From the NCBI GenBank assembly GCA_030674455.1, contig JAUSGQ010000007.1, positions 83,947-147,946 of the forward strand: DNA of 64,000 bases, written 5' to 3'. Below are positions 54,437 to 62,987 of the stretch, piece by piece (the first letter of the stretch is position 1; each line of letters begins with the position of its first letter). A program made the position numbers and the translations under genes. The notes beneath the pieces were generated by a model, which was given only the letters and a program-made list of their open reading frames with translations, made no database searches and was not told where the DNA came from. This DNA comes from a bacterium. Its GTDB lineage: Bacteria > Patescibacteriota > Minisyncoccia > Phycocordibacterales > UBA2100.

Positions 54437-57400
54437 TCACTCCCCTTCCAAAACAAAATTTACAAGTCGGCTGGGTACATAAATCGTGCGTAATATCTTC
54501 TTGCCCTCCACGCGCGAGCCAACTGCCGCGAGCGCCGCATCTTCAACAGTCTTTTTATCCGAATCAGTCGGCACTTGAACTTCTCCGCGTGTTCTGCCGT
54601 TTATCTGAATTGCGATAGTAACATTCTCGTCTCTCAGCAAAGCAGGATCAAACACCGGCCACTTTTCAAGATGAATCGATGATTTATTTCCGGCTTCATG
54701 CCACAACTCTTCTGTTATATGCGGAGCGAACGGTGATAAAAGCTTCAGAAATACTCCAAATTGTTCCTGGCCGATTGCGCCTTCTTTTTCTATCGCATTC
54801 AAAAGTATCATCAAAGAGCTGATAGCCGTATTGAATTTGAGCAGAGCTATATCTTCTCCAATTTTTTTAACAGTCCTGTGCAACACCGGTTCTATGTTCG
54901 CATTTACTGTCAACTGTGGACTGTCAACTGTAGACTGTCCCATCCGCCACACTCGTTCAAGAAATCTGCGGATTCCTACGACGCCGTCCGGATTCCACGG
55001 GTAGCTTGAAACCTCGTTGTAAGGGCCGATGAACGCAAGATACATGCGCACCGTGTCGGCTCCCAAGCGCTCCACTACCAGGTCGGGGTCAATGACATTC
55101 CCGCGCGACTTGCTCATCTTCTGCCCGTCGGGCCCCAGTATCAAACTCCTGTTCATTCGCCGCTTGTATGGTTCCGATTCCCCCACCAGCCCCAAGTCAA
55201 ATAGCGCTTTGTGCCAGAAGCGCGAATAGAGAAGGTGCATGGTCGTATGTTCCGCTCCTCCCGAATAAAGATTTACGGGCATCCAATTCGCTTGCTTCTC
55301 TTTGCTAGCGAATTCCTTCTTGTTGTTGGGGTCTGTGTAGCGCAGGAAATACCATGACGAATCGACGAACGTATCCAGCGTGTCTGTCTCGCGCTCCGCC
55401 TCGCCTGCGCACTTTGGGCACTTTGCGGCAACCCATTTCTTCGCCTTGGCGAGCGGCGACTTCCCGCTCCCTTCGGGTAGATAATCTTTGACCTCGGGCA
55501 GCTCCACGGGCAAGTCCACGTCTCCGACCGGCTGTGAGCCGCACTTTCCGCAATGGATAATCGGTATTGGCACTCCCCAATATCTCTGCCTCGATACTAT
55601 CCAATCGCGAAGCTTGTAAGTGGTTTTCTTAACGCCCAATTCTTCCGTAATGGCTTCCCTTCCTTTCTGCGATGTCAGGCCACTGAACCTGCCGGAATCT
55701 ATCATCAGCCCTTCTCCCATGTAGGGAAGTTCGCCGCCGTTTTTGTCCGCGTTGTTCCGCGTTTGGGCCGATAGGGTTTGTATCGGCACCTGTAGACGGT
55801 CTGCGTTAATCTGCGCCGATATGACTTCCCTTATGGGAAGACCATATCGGGATGCAAACTCAAAGTCGCGCTCGTCGTGCGCCGGCACTGCCATAATCGC
55901 ACCCGTGCCGTAATGGCCGAGTACGTAATCGGCAATATAAACAGGAATCCTTTCCCGTGTCGCGGGATTGATTGCATCCACACCCTCGAGCCTCACTCCT
56001 GTTTTTTCTTTATTCGTCTGGCGGTCCATATCTGATTTCTTTTCAGTTAGGGCGATATATCGCCCTATTTCCTTCTCATTGCGGAGAAGCCGCTGATGCG
56101 CGAGGGCGCGTTTGACCCAAGGATGTTCAGGTGCAAGCACGACGTACGTTGCACCAAAGAGCGTGTCTGGGCGGGTCGTAAAGACAGTAATGCGCGGCAT
56201 AAGCTGTGCTAATACGAGCGGCTCTTGCGCGCCCAGGAAATGCTCCTCATTGGCTTTTCCTTCTGCTATCTGCGCATCAAGAATGTCGGCTAGGTGTGCA
56301 ATGTACGCCCCGCGCTTGCCTTTTTCCGCCGCATCAGAAAGTACGAGTCTTAAACCGGCAAGCGTCTTGAGTTTGTCGTACTTGATATCCCACGAAAAGT
56401 CTTTCCAATACGTTCTCGGTTCCGCATTCGCAAATGCCGAATCTATTGCCGGAGCTACGAGAACCAACCCGCCTACCGGACGATTTATTTTTTGCAGCAA
56501 TTTCATCGCCACAACTGCTCCCAGGCTATGGCCGATGATGACGGTGTTCTCATCTATGTGGCAGTGGTCGAACACGTATTTGACTTGCTCGTATTCCTTC
56601 GGCTCGCTCGTATTTGGAAGTTCAGGTGCTTGGACGGCATACCCCTTGCTCTCGAGCTCTCGCTTGAGCCACGAAAAAAATGCGCCGGTAGGGCTTCCTT
56701 TGTAGCCGTGCAGAAGCAAAAAATTCGGCTGCGGAGCATTTTTATTCTCAAATTCAATCGGAAAACTTATTTCGGCCCCATTGCTGCGCCCTATCCAATT
56801 CCTTTGCGACTCCTTGATTTGCTCCGGCCAATCTAAGCCGGATAGATCGTCTATCAATCTATCCGCGTAATCCGTTATCTTGATATTCCACTGGAGCATC
56901 TTCTTCTGCACCACTTCGCTGTCACAGCGTTCGCATTTACCGTCCGTAACTTGTTCATTGGCAAGAACCGTTTTGTCTTTTGGACACCAATTAACCGCAG
57001 TCTCTTTTTGATACGCCAACCCTTTCTTAAAAAGCTGCAGGAACAACCATTGCGTCCATTTGTAATAATCAGGGTTGCACGTGATTACTTCGCGCGACCA
57101 GTCAAACGATGTCCCCATAGAGGCAATTTGCTTTTTCATATATGCAATATTCCCTTCCGTCCACGTGCGCGGATTGAGCTTGTTCTTTATTGCCGCATTT
57201 TCCGCAGGCAGGCCGAAGGCGTCAAAACCAATCGGATACATCACGTTCTTGCCTTGCATGCGAAGCGCGCGCGCTAAAATATCCGGCACGGCAAATGCGT
57301 ACCAATGCCCGGCGTGAAGATTTCCGGAAGGATACGGGAATTCTACGAGCAGGTAGAAGTTCTCTTTCTTGCCCGCCGTAGCTTTACTGTGTCCGTCCGT

Positions 57401-57523
57401 AGCCTTGAGCGAAGGAGGAGCGGAGGCGGGACCGGGCGCCTTGTCCGGCGTTGTGTAAATCTTGCTTGTCTTCCAATATTTCTGCCACTTGCGCTCAATG
57501 GCCTTATGGTCGTATTTCTTCAT
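54437..57523 (-). CDS. leuS: Leucyl-tRNA synthetase with inserted alpha/beta-hydrolase domain
   Basis: FPYPSG-LHAGH, TTRPDT, GTGAIMAVPAHD, SRQRYWG and KMSKS. Confidence 0.98.
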   Translation of the reverse strand: MKKYDHKAIERKWQKYWKTSKIYTTPDKAPGPASAPPSLKATDGHSKATAGKKENFYLLVEFPYPSGNLHAGHWYAFAVPDILARALRMQGKNVMYPIGFDAFGLPAENAAIKNKLNPRTWTEGNIAYMKKQIASMGTSFDWSREVITCNPDYYKWTQWLFLQLFKKGLAYQKETAVNWCPKDKTVLANEQVTDGKCERCDSEVVQKKMLQWNIKITDYADRLIDDLSGLDWPEQIKESQRNWIGRSNGAEISFPIEFENKNAPQPNFLLLHGYKGSPTGAFFSWLKRELESKGYAVQAPELPNTSEPKEYEQVKYVFDHCHIDENTVIIGHSLGAVVAMKLLQKINRPVGGLVLVAPAIDSAFANAEPRTYWKDFSWDIKYDKLKTLAGLRLVLSDAAEKGKRGAYIAHLADILDAQIAEGKANEEHFLGAQEPLVLAQLMPRITVFTTRPDTLFGATYVVLAPEHPWVKRALAHQRLLRNEKEIGRYIALTEKKSDMDRQTNKEKTGVRLEGVDAINPATRERIPVYIADYVLGHYGTGAIMAVPAHDERDFEFASRYGLPIREVISAQINADRLQVPIQTLSAQTRNNADKNGGELPYMGEGLMIDSGRFSGLTSQKGREAITEELGVKKTTYKLRDWIVSRQRYWGVPIPIIHCGKCGSQPVGDVDLPVELPEVKDYLPEGSGKSPLAKAKKWVAAKCPKCAGEAERETDTLDTFVDSSWYFLRYTDPNNKKEFASKEKQANWMPVNLYSGGAEHTTMHLLYSRFWHKALFDLGLVGESEPYKRRMNRSLILGPDGQKMSKSRGNVIDPDLVVERLGADTVRMYLAFIGPYNEVSSYPWNPDGVVGIRRFLERVWRMGQSTVDSPQLTVNANIEPVLHRTVKKIGEDIALLKFNTAISSLMILLNAIEKEGAIGQEQFGVFLKLLSPFAPHITEELWHEAGNKSSIHLEKWPVFDPALLRDENVTIAIQINGRTRGEVQVPTDSDKKTVEDAALAAVGSRVEGKKILRTIYVPSRLVNFVLEGE

Positions 57524-57636
57524 ACTCTTTCTGCCTGCCCGTCCGAAGCTTTACTGTGTCCGTCCGTAGCCTTGTGCGAAGGAGGAGCGAAGGCGGGCCA
57601 GTTCTTTTCTATCTTTTTATGGTCGTATTTCTTCAT
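57520..57636 (-). CDS. 38-aa upstream ORF duplicating the LeuRS N-terminus
   Basis: MKKYDHKKIEKNWPAFAPPSHKATDGHSKASDGQAERV; its TGA overlaps the leuS ATG (ATGA). Confidence 0.6.
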   Translation of the reverse strand: MKKYDHKKIEKNWPAFAPPSHKATDGHSKASDGQAERV

Positions 57637-57663
57637 ATATTTACCATATCATAACGCATACAT

Positions 57664-57698
57664 GCCGAAAACCCCGCATAGTATGCGGGGTTTTCGGC
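57664..57698. terminator. Intrinsic terminator-like hairpin
   Basis: GCCGAAAACCCCGCATA-G-TATGCGGGGTTTTCGGC just past the stop at 57706. Confidence 0.8.
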
Positions 57699-57705
57699 TA
57701 TTAAT

Positions 57706-58662
57706 CTATTGAACCCTGGTTTTTGAATACGGAGGATAACGCTGTGGGTCTATGGTGCGCTCAAAGCAAGTCCTGCCCTCGCCGTGCTGCCAATTATCCG
57801 GAAGTTCTTTGCCGTTTATGGCTACCGGCGACATGGGTCGCGCGACAGAACCATTTCCGTAACTGCTCCCTTCTCGCGCAAATGTTGCGCACAAGCGGAA
57901 CGAAAGTGGCCCCGTTACAGCAAATTCATACTGATCCTTTGTCTGCGGGTCCACCGGAATAATTGTGTTGCTGATGGGGTCGGCAACTTCAAGAAGATTG
58001 GCCGGCAGCTTTTCTTTCTGCTGCCAGTAATTCACGACCTGCCACTGAATAGACTGTAAGTCCTGCACGCGAATATTGTCTTGCTTCCCCTCGCGCAGCT
58101 CCTGCGGAGTCCCCAGGATAAAGAATCCTGCGACGATAGTGACTAGAACAAGTGCGCCGACAGCCCAGTTCACCATTTTTGCTTTTGCGGGCTCGCGCTG
58201 CCAGTAGCCGCGAAGGTCGGCAAGGAAATGCAAAAATGCCAATCCAACTACAAGGAATACTGCAAGAACTTTCAGAAGAAAACCGGCGGTAATATCCTCT
58301 CCTTGCAGATATGTGTTTACGAGTACGATGAGGTCAATGACGATTGTGACCCCTGCGAGAAAGAGAGTAACGAACAGCGCCCATCGGCGTATCCAAATGT
58401 CGCGTCTTGAAGGGTCGTTCGCAATATCGCGGCGAATGAGCCGCATGAGTATTAAAAGAACCGGCGTCAGCACGATGAGGGTCGCCGTCTCATAACTGAT
58501 ACTGGGAGAGCCCGAGTAATACAGGTTAGTTACGGGATTCGGAAAGGCATAATTTATATAGTCAAAAAGAAGCGTGATGAATGCGATGATGCCTCCATAG
58601 AGAGCAACCATGCTCCCTATCCACAAGAAGAAATCCTTTGGCGTTACTTTCGGTTTGTCCAT
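57706..58662 (-). CDS. Membrane protein (DUF5671-like)
   Basis: PKDFFL start, five TM helices, DNIRVQDLQSIQ, DPQTKDQYEF and FRLCATF. Confidence 0.8.
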   Translation of the reverse strand: MDKPKVTPKDFFLWIGSMVALYGGIIAFITLLFDYINYAFPNPVTNLYYSGSPSISYETATLIVLTPVLLILMRLIRRDIANDPSRRDIWIRRWALFVTLFLAGVTIVIDLIVLVNTYLQGEDITAGFLLKVLAVFLVVGLAFLHFLADLRGYWQREPAKAKMVNWAVGALVLVTIVAGFFILGTPQELREGKQDNIRVQDLQSIQWQVVNYWQQKEKLPANLLEVADPISNTIIPVDPQTKDQYEFAVTGPLSFRLCATFAREGSSYGNGSVARPMSPVAINGKELPDNWQHGEGRTCFERTIDPQRYPPYSKTRVQ

Positions 58663-58791
58663 CCCGATAAGAATACCACAGTTGTCAGCTTGTCAAAACA
58701 GTCGCCTAGCCGCTGCTAAAAGGCTCGCATTTCTGCTATCCACAAGAAAAATGAGCGCGCGAGTCGAGACTCAAGTGATAGATTACATTCT

Positions 58792-58968
58792 ATGCTCGTA
58801 CACAAATGCGACCGTTGTAAGAAAACGCTTACCGACCGGGAGTTAACCGTTAAAGCGGGCGTAGGATATGATTCCTATGAATTCTGCAAAAAATGCGGTG
58901 CACCGATCGTGCGTATTTTAAAAGGCTACGGACTCGTAAAGAACTTAAAAACAGGCCTTGCACTTTGA
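58792..58968 (+). CDS. 58-aa zinc-ribbon-like protein (below ORF-track cutoff)
   Basis: MLVHKCDRCKK...EFCKKCGAP: two CxxC pairs. Confidence 0.65.
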   Translation: MLVHKCDRCKKTLTDRELTVKAGVGYDSYEFCKKCGAPIVRILKGYGLVKNLKTGLAL

Positions 58969-59022
58969 GTGCATGGGCGTCGTTCATATTGCAAGAATAC
59001 GTAGCGGGGCTATACTTGGAAC

Positions 59023-59292
59023 ATGATAAAGAAAAAAGTCACGCTTGAGGTTCTTGCGGCGCGAATACAAAAAGGCTTTGCCTCTGTTGAGACAAAAATG
59101 GAGAAGGGATTCTCTGCTGTAGCAGAAGACATTGCCGATATCAAGCGCGACATTGCCACCAAAGAGCAGGTGGTTGCGCTCCACACGCAGGTACAATCAA
59201 TTGAGACAGAGATTCGCGGCATGAGGCACGCAAAGATGCAATCGCGGGTCACCGATCTCGAAGAACATGCATTTGGTAAAAGCCGCGCCTAA
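59023..59292 (+). CDS. Small coiled-coil protein
   Basis: Heptad pattern, KGF repeats and RVTDLE; TATACT 6 nt before ATG. Confidence 0.75.
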   Translation: MIKKKVTLEVLAARIQKGFASVETKMEKGFSAVAEDIADIKRDIATKEQVVALHTQVQSIETEIRGMRHAKMQSRVTDLEEHAFGKSRA

Positions 59293-59324
59293 ATAGATGC
59301 CGCTGTAAGTTCAGGGGCGTCGCG

Positions 59325-60464
59325 CTAGCTATGCTTGAATTCCATTACGTCACCATCTTGGACGACGTATTCCCTGCCTTCCGAGCGTAAAAGGCCTAAT
59401 TCCCTCGCTTTTGCGTATGCCTGCCCTGCGGAGCCTTGGCGAAGCAGGGAGCCCGATTCGAGTAGTTTCCCGCACTCTATAACGTCGGCGCGGATGAATT
59501 TATCCCTGAAGTCGGTATGAATTGCGGCTCCCGCCTCGGGCGCAGTCGAGCCGCGAGTTACGGTCCATGCCCTCGTTTCGTCCTCTCCTGTCGTAAAGAA
59601 AGATATGAGATTCAGCATTCTATAGCCTGCCCTAATAAGTCCGTTCAGTCCGTCATCCGGCACGCCGAGTTCGCGGCGAAAATTGTCGCGTTCATCTTCG
59701 TGCACATCCCGTAGTTCACCTTCGACTCCAGCATCGACGAACACCCACTCGGCTTTGGAGTCTTCAAGAAATCTCTGAAGCGCTTTCCACGCGTCTCCCC
59801 CTTCTGCATCAACGTTCACGACTCCGCTCTTGCGATTGAGAACGTATAGAACGGGCTTAAGCGTGAGGAGATGCAAGCTCTTGGCCGCTTCCCGCTCGAG
59901 GTTAGTCAGACTAACCCCCCGAGCGGGTTTTCCCTGTTTCAATACCGGCACAATTTTTCGCAACACGTCTCTCTCGGCAATCACCTCTTTATCGCCTCCT
60001 TTTGCATCCCGCTCCGCGCGCTCAAGACTTTTCTCCGCCGTCTGCATATCGGCGAGAACCAGTTCGAGGTTTATAACTTCAATGTCGCTCACGGGGTCAA
60101 TTTCTCCCGAGACATGATGAACGTCATCGTCATGAAAAATCCGCACTACTTCCGCTATCGCATCCACCTCGCGAATGTGAGACAAGAATTGATTTCCCAA
60201 GCCTTCGCCCTCCGATGCACCCTTGACGAGCCCCGCTATGTCCACAAATTGCACAGCGGCAGGAATAGTCTTTGCTGAATGAGACATCTCGGTCAATCTT
60301 CCAAGCCGCTCATCGGGAACTTCTACGACGCCCACCGAGGGGTCAATCGTACAAAATGGATAATTCTCGGCCGGTACTCCTTTAAGAGTGAGCGCATTGA
60401 ACAGCGTTGACTTGCCGACATTCGGTAGACCTACAATCCCTATCGTTAGATTTGAACTCGACAT
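59325..60464 (-). CDS. ychF: Redox-regulated ATPase YchF
   Basis: GIVGLPNVGKSTLFN, NYPFCTIDP, DIAGLVKGAS, IHTDF and EGREYVVQDGD. Confidence 0.98.
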   Translation of the reverse strand: MSSSNLTIGIVGLPNVGKSTLFNALTLKGVPAENYPFCTIDPSVGVVEVPDERLGRLTEMSHSAKTIPAAVQFVDIAGLVKGASEGEGLGNQFLSHIREVDAIAEVVRIFHDDDVHHVSGEIDPVSDIEVINLELVLADMQTAEKSLERAERDAKGGDKEVIAERDVLRKIVPVLKQGKPARGVSLTNLEREAAKSLHLLTLKPVLYVLNRKSGVVNVDAEGGDAWKALQRFLEDSKAEWVFVDAGVEGELRDVHEDERDNFRRELGVPDDGLNGLIRAGYRMLNLISFFTTGEDETRAWTVTRGSTAPEAGAAIHTDFRDKFIRADVIECGKLLESGSLLRQGSAGQAYAKARELGLLRSEGREYVVQDGDVMEFKHS

Positions 60465-60501
60465 AATTTGTTAAGCGCCTCGAACATTCTGCAGTAAAAA
60501 T

Positions 60502-61977
60502 TTAGGCCATTAACAGGAAAATTGACAAAGGCATTTCAAGAATTGGTTGTTCGATTTTCCAATCTTCTTTTGTGACTAGAATGCCGAAACTATTTTGCTT
60601 TCCTTGTGTTTCTAGAAACGAGCGAACTGAGTCACGATGATGGTTATCTGTTTGATTTTTATAAACAATTTCAATTGGTATCACGCGACTGCCAACTCGC
60701 ACTACAAAATCAATCTCCTGCTTACCGCTTGGCTCACGATAATACGAGACATCAGAAACGCCGGGGAATAATCGAATAACATTATGAGCAAGTGTTTCCG
60801 CAATTCTGCCGCGTTCCTCTCCCTCAAGAGAAGTAACAACTTTTGTTATTCCCTGCATAAGCACGAGGTCAGCCGCGTATAACTTCGCATGAGTAGAACG
60901 TAAACGCACCGGCTTGCCTGTAAAACGCTCAACTTTTCGGATTAACTCTGTTTGTAGGAGAAGAGGCAATGCTTCAGTGAGCGTAACACGAGTCGTCTGA
61001 ATGAGAGCCGCGAGTTTCTCAAGATTCATTTCGTCGCCCGTGCGCGCAAACGCGTAACGTAAAAATTGATGGAAAATCTCCGGCCGTCTGATTTCTTTCA
61101 CTAGACGCAAATCTTCTAATGTTACGCGTTCAACATACTGTTGGTCGATAAATACGGAACGCTCAACGGCCGTACCCATCAGCCACAATTGGGGAAAGCC
61201 ACCTTTCTGAGCATATTCATCTGCATAAAGATTCCATTGCCTTATTGTGCTTGGTTTTATTTCTTCCTGTAAGCGTCGATTCAATCGCATTACTGATGAA
61301 ACTTCGCCAATGTCCAAAACATCTTCTGCTAACTTGCTCAAAAAGACTCTGTGTTCGAGGTAATGATATCGAACGAACTCACGGAAAGTAAACGGTGGCA
61401 GAGAAATATCAACCAGTCTGCCAAGCAAACTTTCTAGAGATTTCCTGAAAATAGTATGGGATGCCGAACCTGAAATAATAAAACGAATCGGATATCGCAA
61501 ATCAACGTAGCGCTTGATGTATAATTCCCAGCGCGGTAAACGTTGAACCTCGTCAAGAAAACAGTAAAGCGTATCGGGCGATGTGCGCAACGCAGTGCCG
61601 GCAACTTGCGCCCACTGCGCGAGCAATGCCTCAAACAAGGTGCCTTGGTCTTTTTGTGGCAACTGCTGAATCAACGGGTCGTCAAGCGAGAAAAATAGGA
61701 TTTTATTGACCGGGATTTTCTTTTCTTCAATCAAACAGCGGATAACCTGATTTATAATGGTTGTTTTGCCGACACGGCGCGGACCGTTAATCAGCAAAGC
61801 GAGTCCGTGAGTCGCCTCCGTATGGCGCATGGCCTGAATAAACGCATCCCGTTTGAAATCGGGAACTCCGGGTATTGAAAACGACTTTGTTTTCCACCAC
61901 GGATTGTACGCAAGCAGGAATTGCCGTAAGTTATGTATACCTAGGGCTTCAAGGTATTTTTGCGGGTTTTTAGACAT
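60502..61977 (-). CDS. AAA+ ATPase with DUF4143-like C-terminus
   Basis: NPWW, GPRRVGKT, FLDEVQ, GGFP and EIDFVV. Confidence 0.9.
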   Translation of the reverse strand: MSKNPQKYLEALGIHNLRQFLLAYNPWWKTKSFSIPGVPDFKRDAFIQAMRHTEATHGLALLINGPRRVGKTTIINQVIRCLIEEKKIPVNKILFFSLDDPLIQQLPQKDQGTLFEALLAQWAQVAGTALRTSPDTLYCFLDEVQRLPRWELYIKRYVDLRYPIRFIISGSASHTIFRKSLESLLGRLVDISLPPFTFREFVRYHYLEHRVFLSKLAEDVLDIGEVSSVMRLNRRLQEEIKPSTIRQWNLYADEYAQKGGFPQLWLMGTAVERSVFIDQQYVERVTLEDLRLVKEIRRPEIFHQFLRYAFARTGDEMNLEKLAALIQTTRVTLTEALPLLLQTELIRKVERFTGKPVRLRSTHAKLYAADLVLMQGITKVVTSLEGEERGRIAETLAHNVIRLFPGVSDVSYYREPSGKQEIDFVVRVGSRVIPIEIVYKNQTDNHHRDSVRSFLETQGKQNSFGILVTKEDWKIEQPILEMPLSIFLLMA

Positions 61978-61991
61978 AATTCTTTATATTA

Positions 61992-62021
61992 TAGCTATGT
62001 ATACTATACTATACATAGCTA
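61992..62021. promoter_or_regulatory. 12-6-12 perfect inverted repeat over the ATPase promoter
   Basis: TAGCTATGTATA-CTATAC-TATACATAGCTA; overlaps a minus-strand TTGACA-N17-TAGTAT. Confidence 0.65.
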
Positions 62022-62119
62022 ATTATGCTGTCAAGAGGCGCTTTCGTCCACGATTTTTATCTCCTCGTCGTTAAGGCCGAGTATACCAGAGCCATGCGCT
62101 ACTGGCGACGTAGCGCACA

Positions 62120-62210
62120 GACAAGTCAGCGCTCAGACTTGTCGGGAGTTGCGGCGGAGGGAGAAATATTTACAGATGATTAGGGTAAGCAGCACGGAAG
62201 TCCGACTTCC
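62120..62210. repeat. Short palindromes
   Basis: GACAAGTC-N8-GACTTGTC (62120-62143) and GGAAGTC-C-GACTTCC (62196-62210). Confidence 0.6.
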
Positions 62211-62231
62211 ATACTTAGACCGATTAGTAGA

Positions 62232-62978
62232 TTAGTAGTCTGAACGTTTGCGGCGCCAGAACCAGATGCCCCCGCCAAGAACCACAAGGATAACGAGCGT
62301 CACAAGCGATGCGATAGCCGGACTGCCGGTACCGAACGTGAGGATGTTCTCAAACGGCGACAACGCCACTGCTGCGGCTTGCGCTGGTACTCCACTGTCT
62401 GTGGATGCGGCTTCCGTGGCCGTTGATTCTGTTACGGTGCCGGCAGTCACTGTCTTTGAAGGCGTACTGGGCTCTGTAACCGTCTGTGTCGGCGCAGGAG
62501 CCGTGCTTGCGGCAGAAATAGTCACTGCTACTGAACCTTGACTACCCGCGACTGCATTTTGATTGTTTGCATCCAGAATAAGCGATTCGGAGGTCGCTGA
62601 AATTGTTGCCGTGCCGTTTTTCTTCGCGCGAAAAGTTGCGGTGCCAAGAACAGTTGCTGAAGTAACGCCGCCCGGATATCCGCCGGTCTTCGCCATTACG
62701 CCGTTTGTATTGTCCTCCGTGTCATACCCAGATTGGGAGAGCGGCATCCACTTCGATGCAAACGAGAAGCCGGTGAGCGTTAACACTGCAGGATCAAACG
62801 AAAGATTCGCTCGCACGGTATATGCTTTCCCAGAGGTTGGATTCACGCCGACGGTCACACTGAACGTATTCCCAGCTACCGTCGCGACGGTCGCTGGCGC
62901 GAGCGTCACCGAGGACGCCATAGCCGCAGCCGGGAGCAAAAGCGCAGAAAGTGTAATCGCAGAAAGTATTTTTTTCAT
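62232..62978 (-). CDS. Cohesin-like domain surface protein with C-terminal TM anchor
   Basis: Signal peptide; GNTFSVTV, ANLSFDP and LGTATFRAK..GTATI; Thr/Pro linker; TM plus RRKR. Confidence 0.8.
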   Translation of the reverse strand: MKKILSAITLSALLLPAAAMASSVTLAPATVATVAGNTFSVTVGVNPTSGKAYTVRANLSFDPAVLTLTGFSFASKWMPLSQSGYDTEDNTNGVMAKTGGYPGGVTSATVLGTATFRAKKNGTATISATSESLILDANNQNAVAGSQGSVAVTISAASTAPAPTQTVTEPSTPSKTVTAGTVTESTATEAASTDSGVPAQAAAVALSPFENILTFGTGSPAIASLVTLVILVVLGGGIWFWRRKRSDY

Positions 62979-62987
62979 AGTCTAGGG

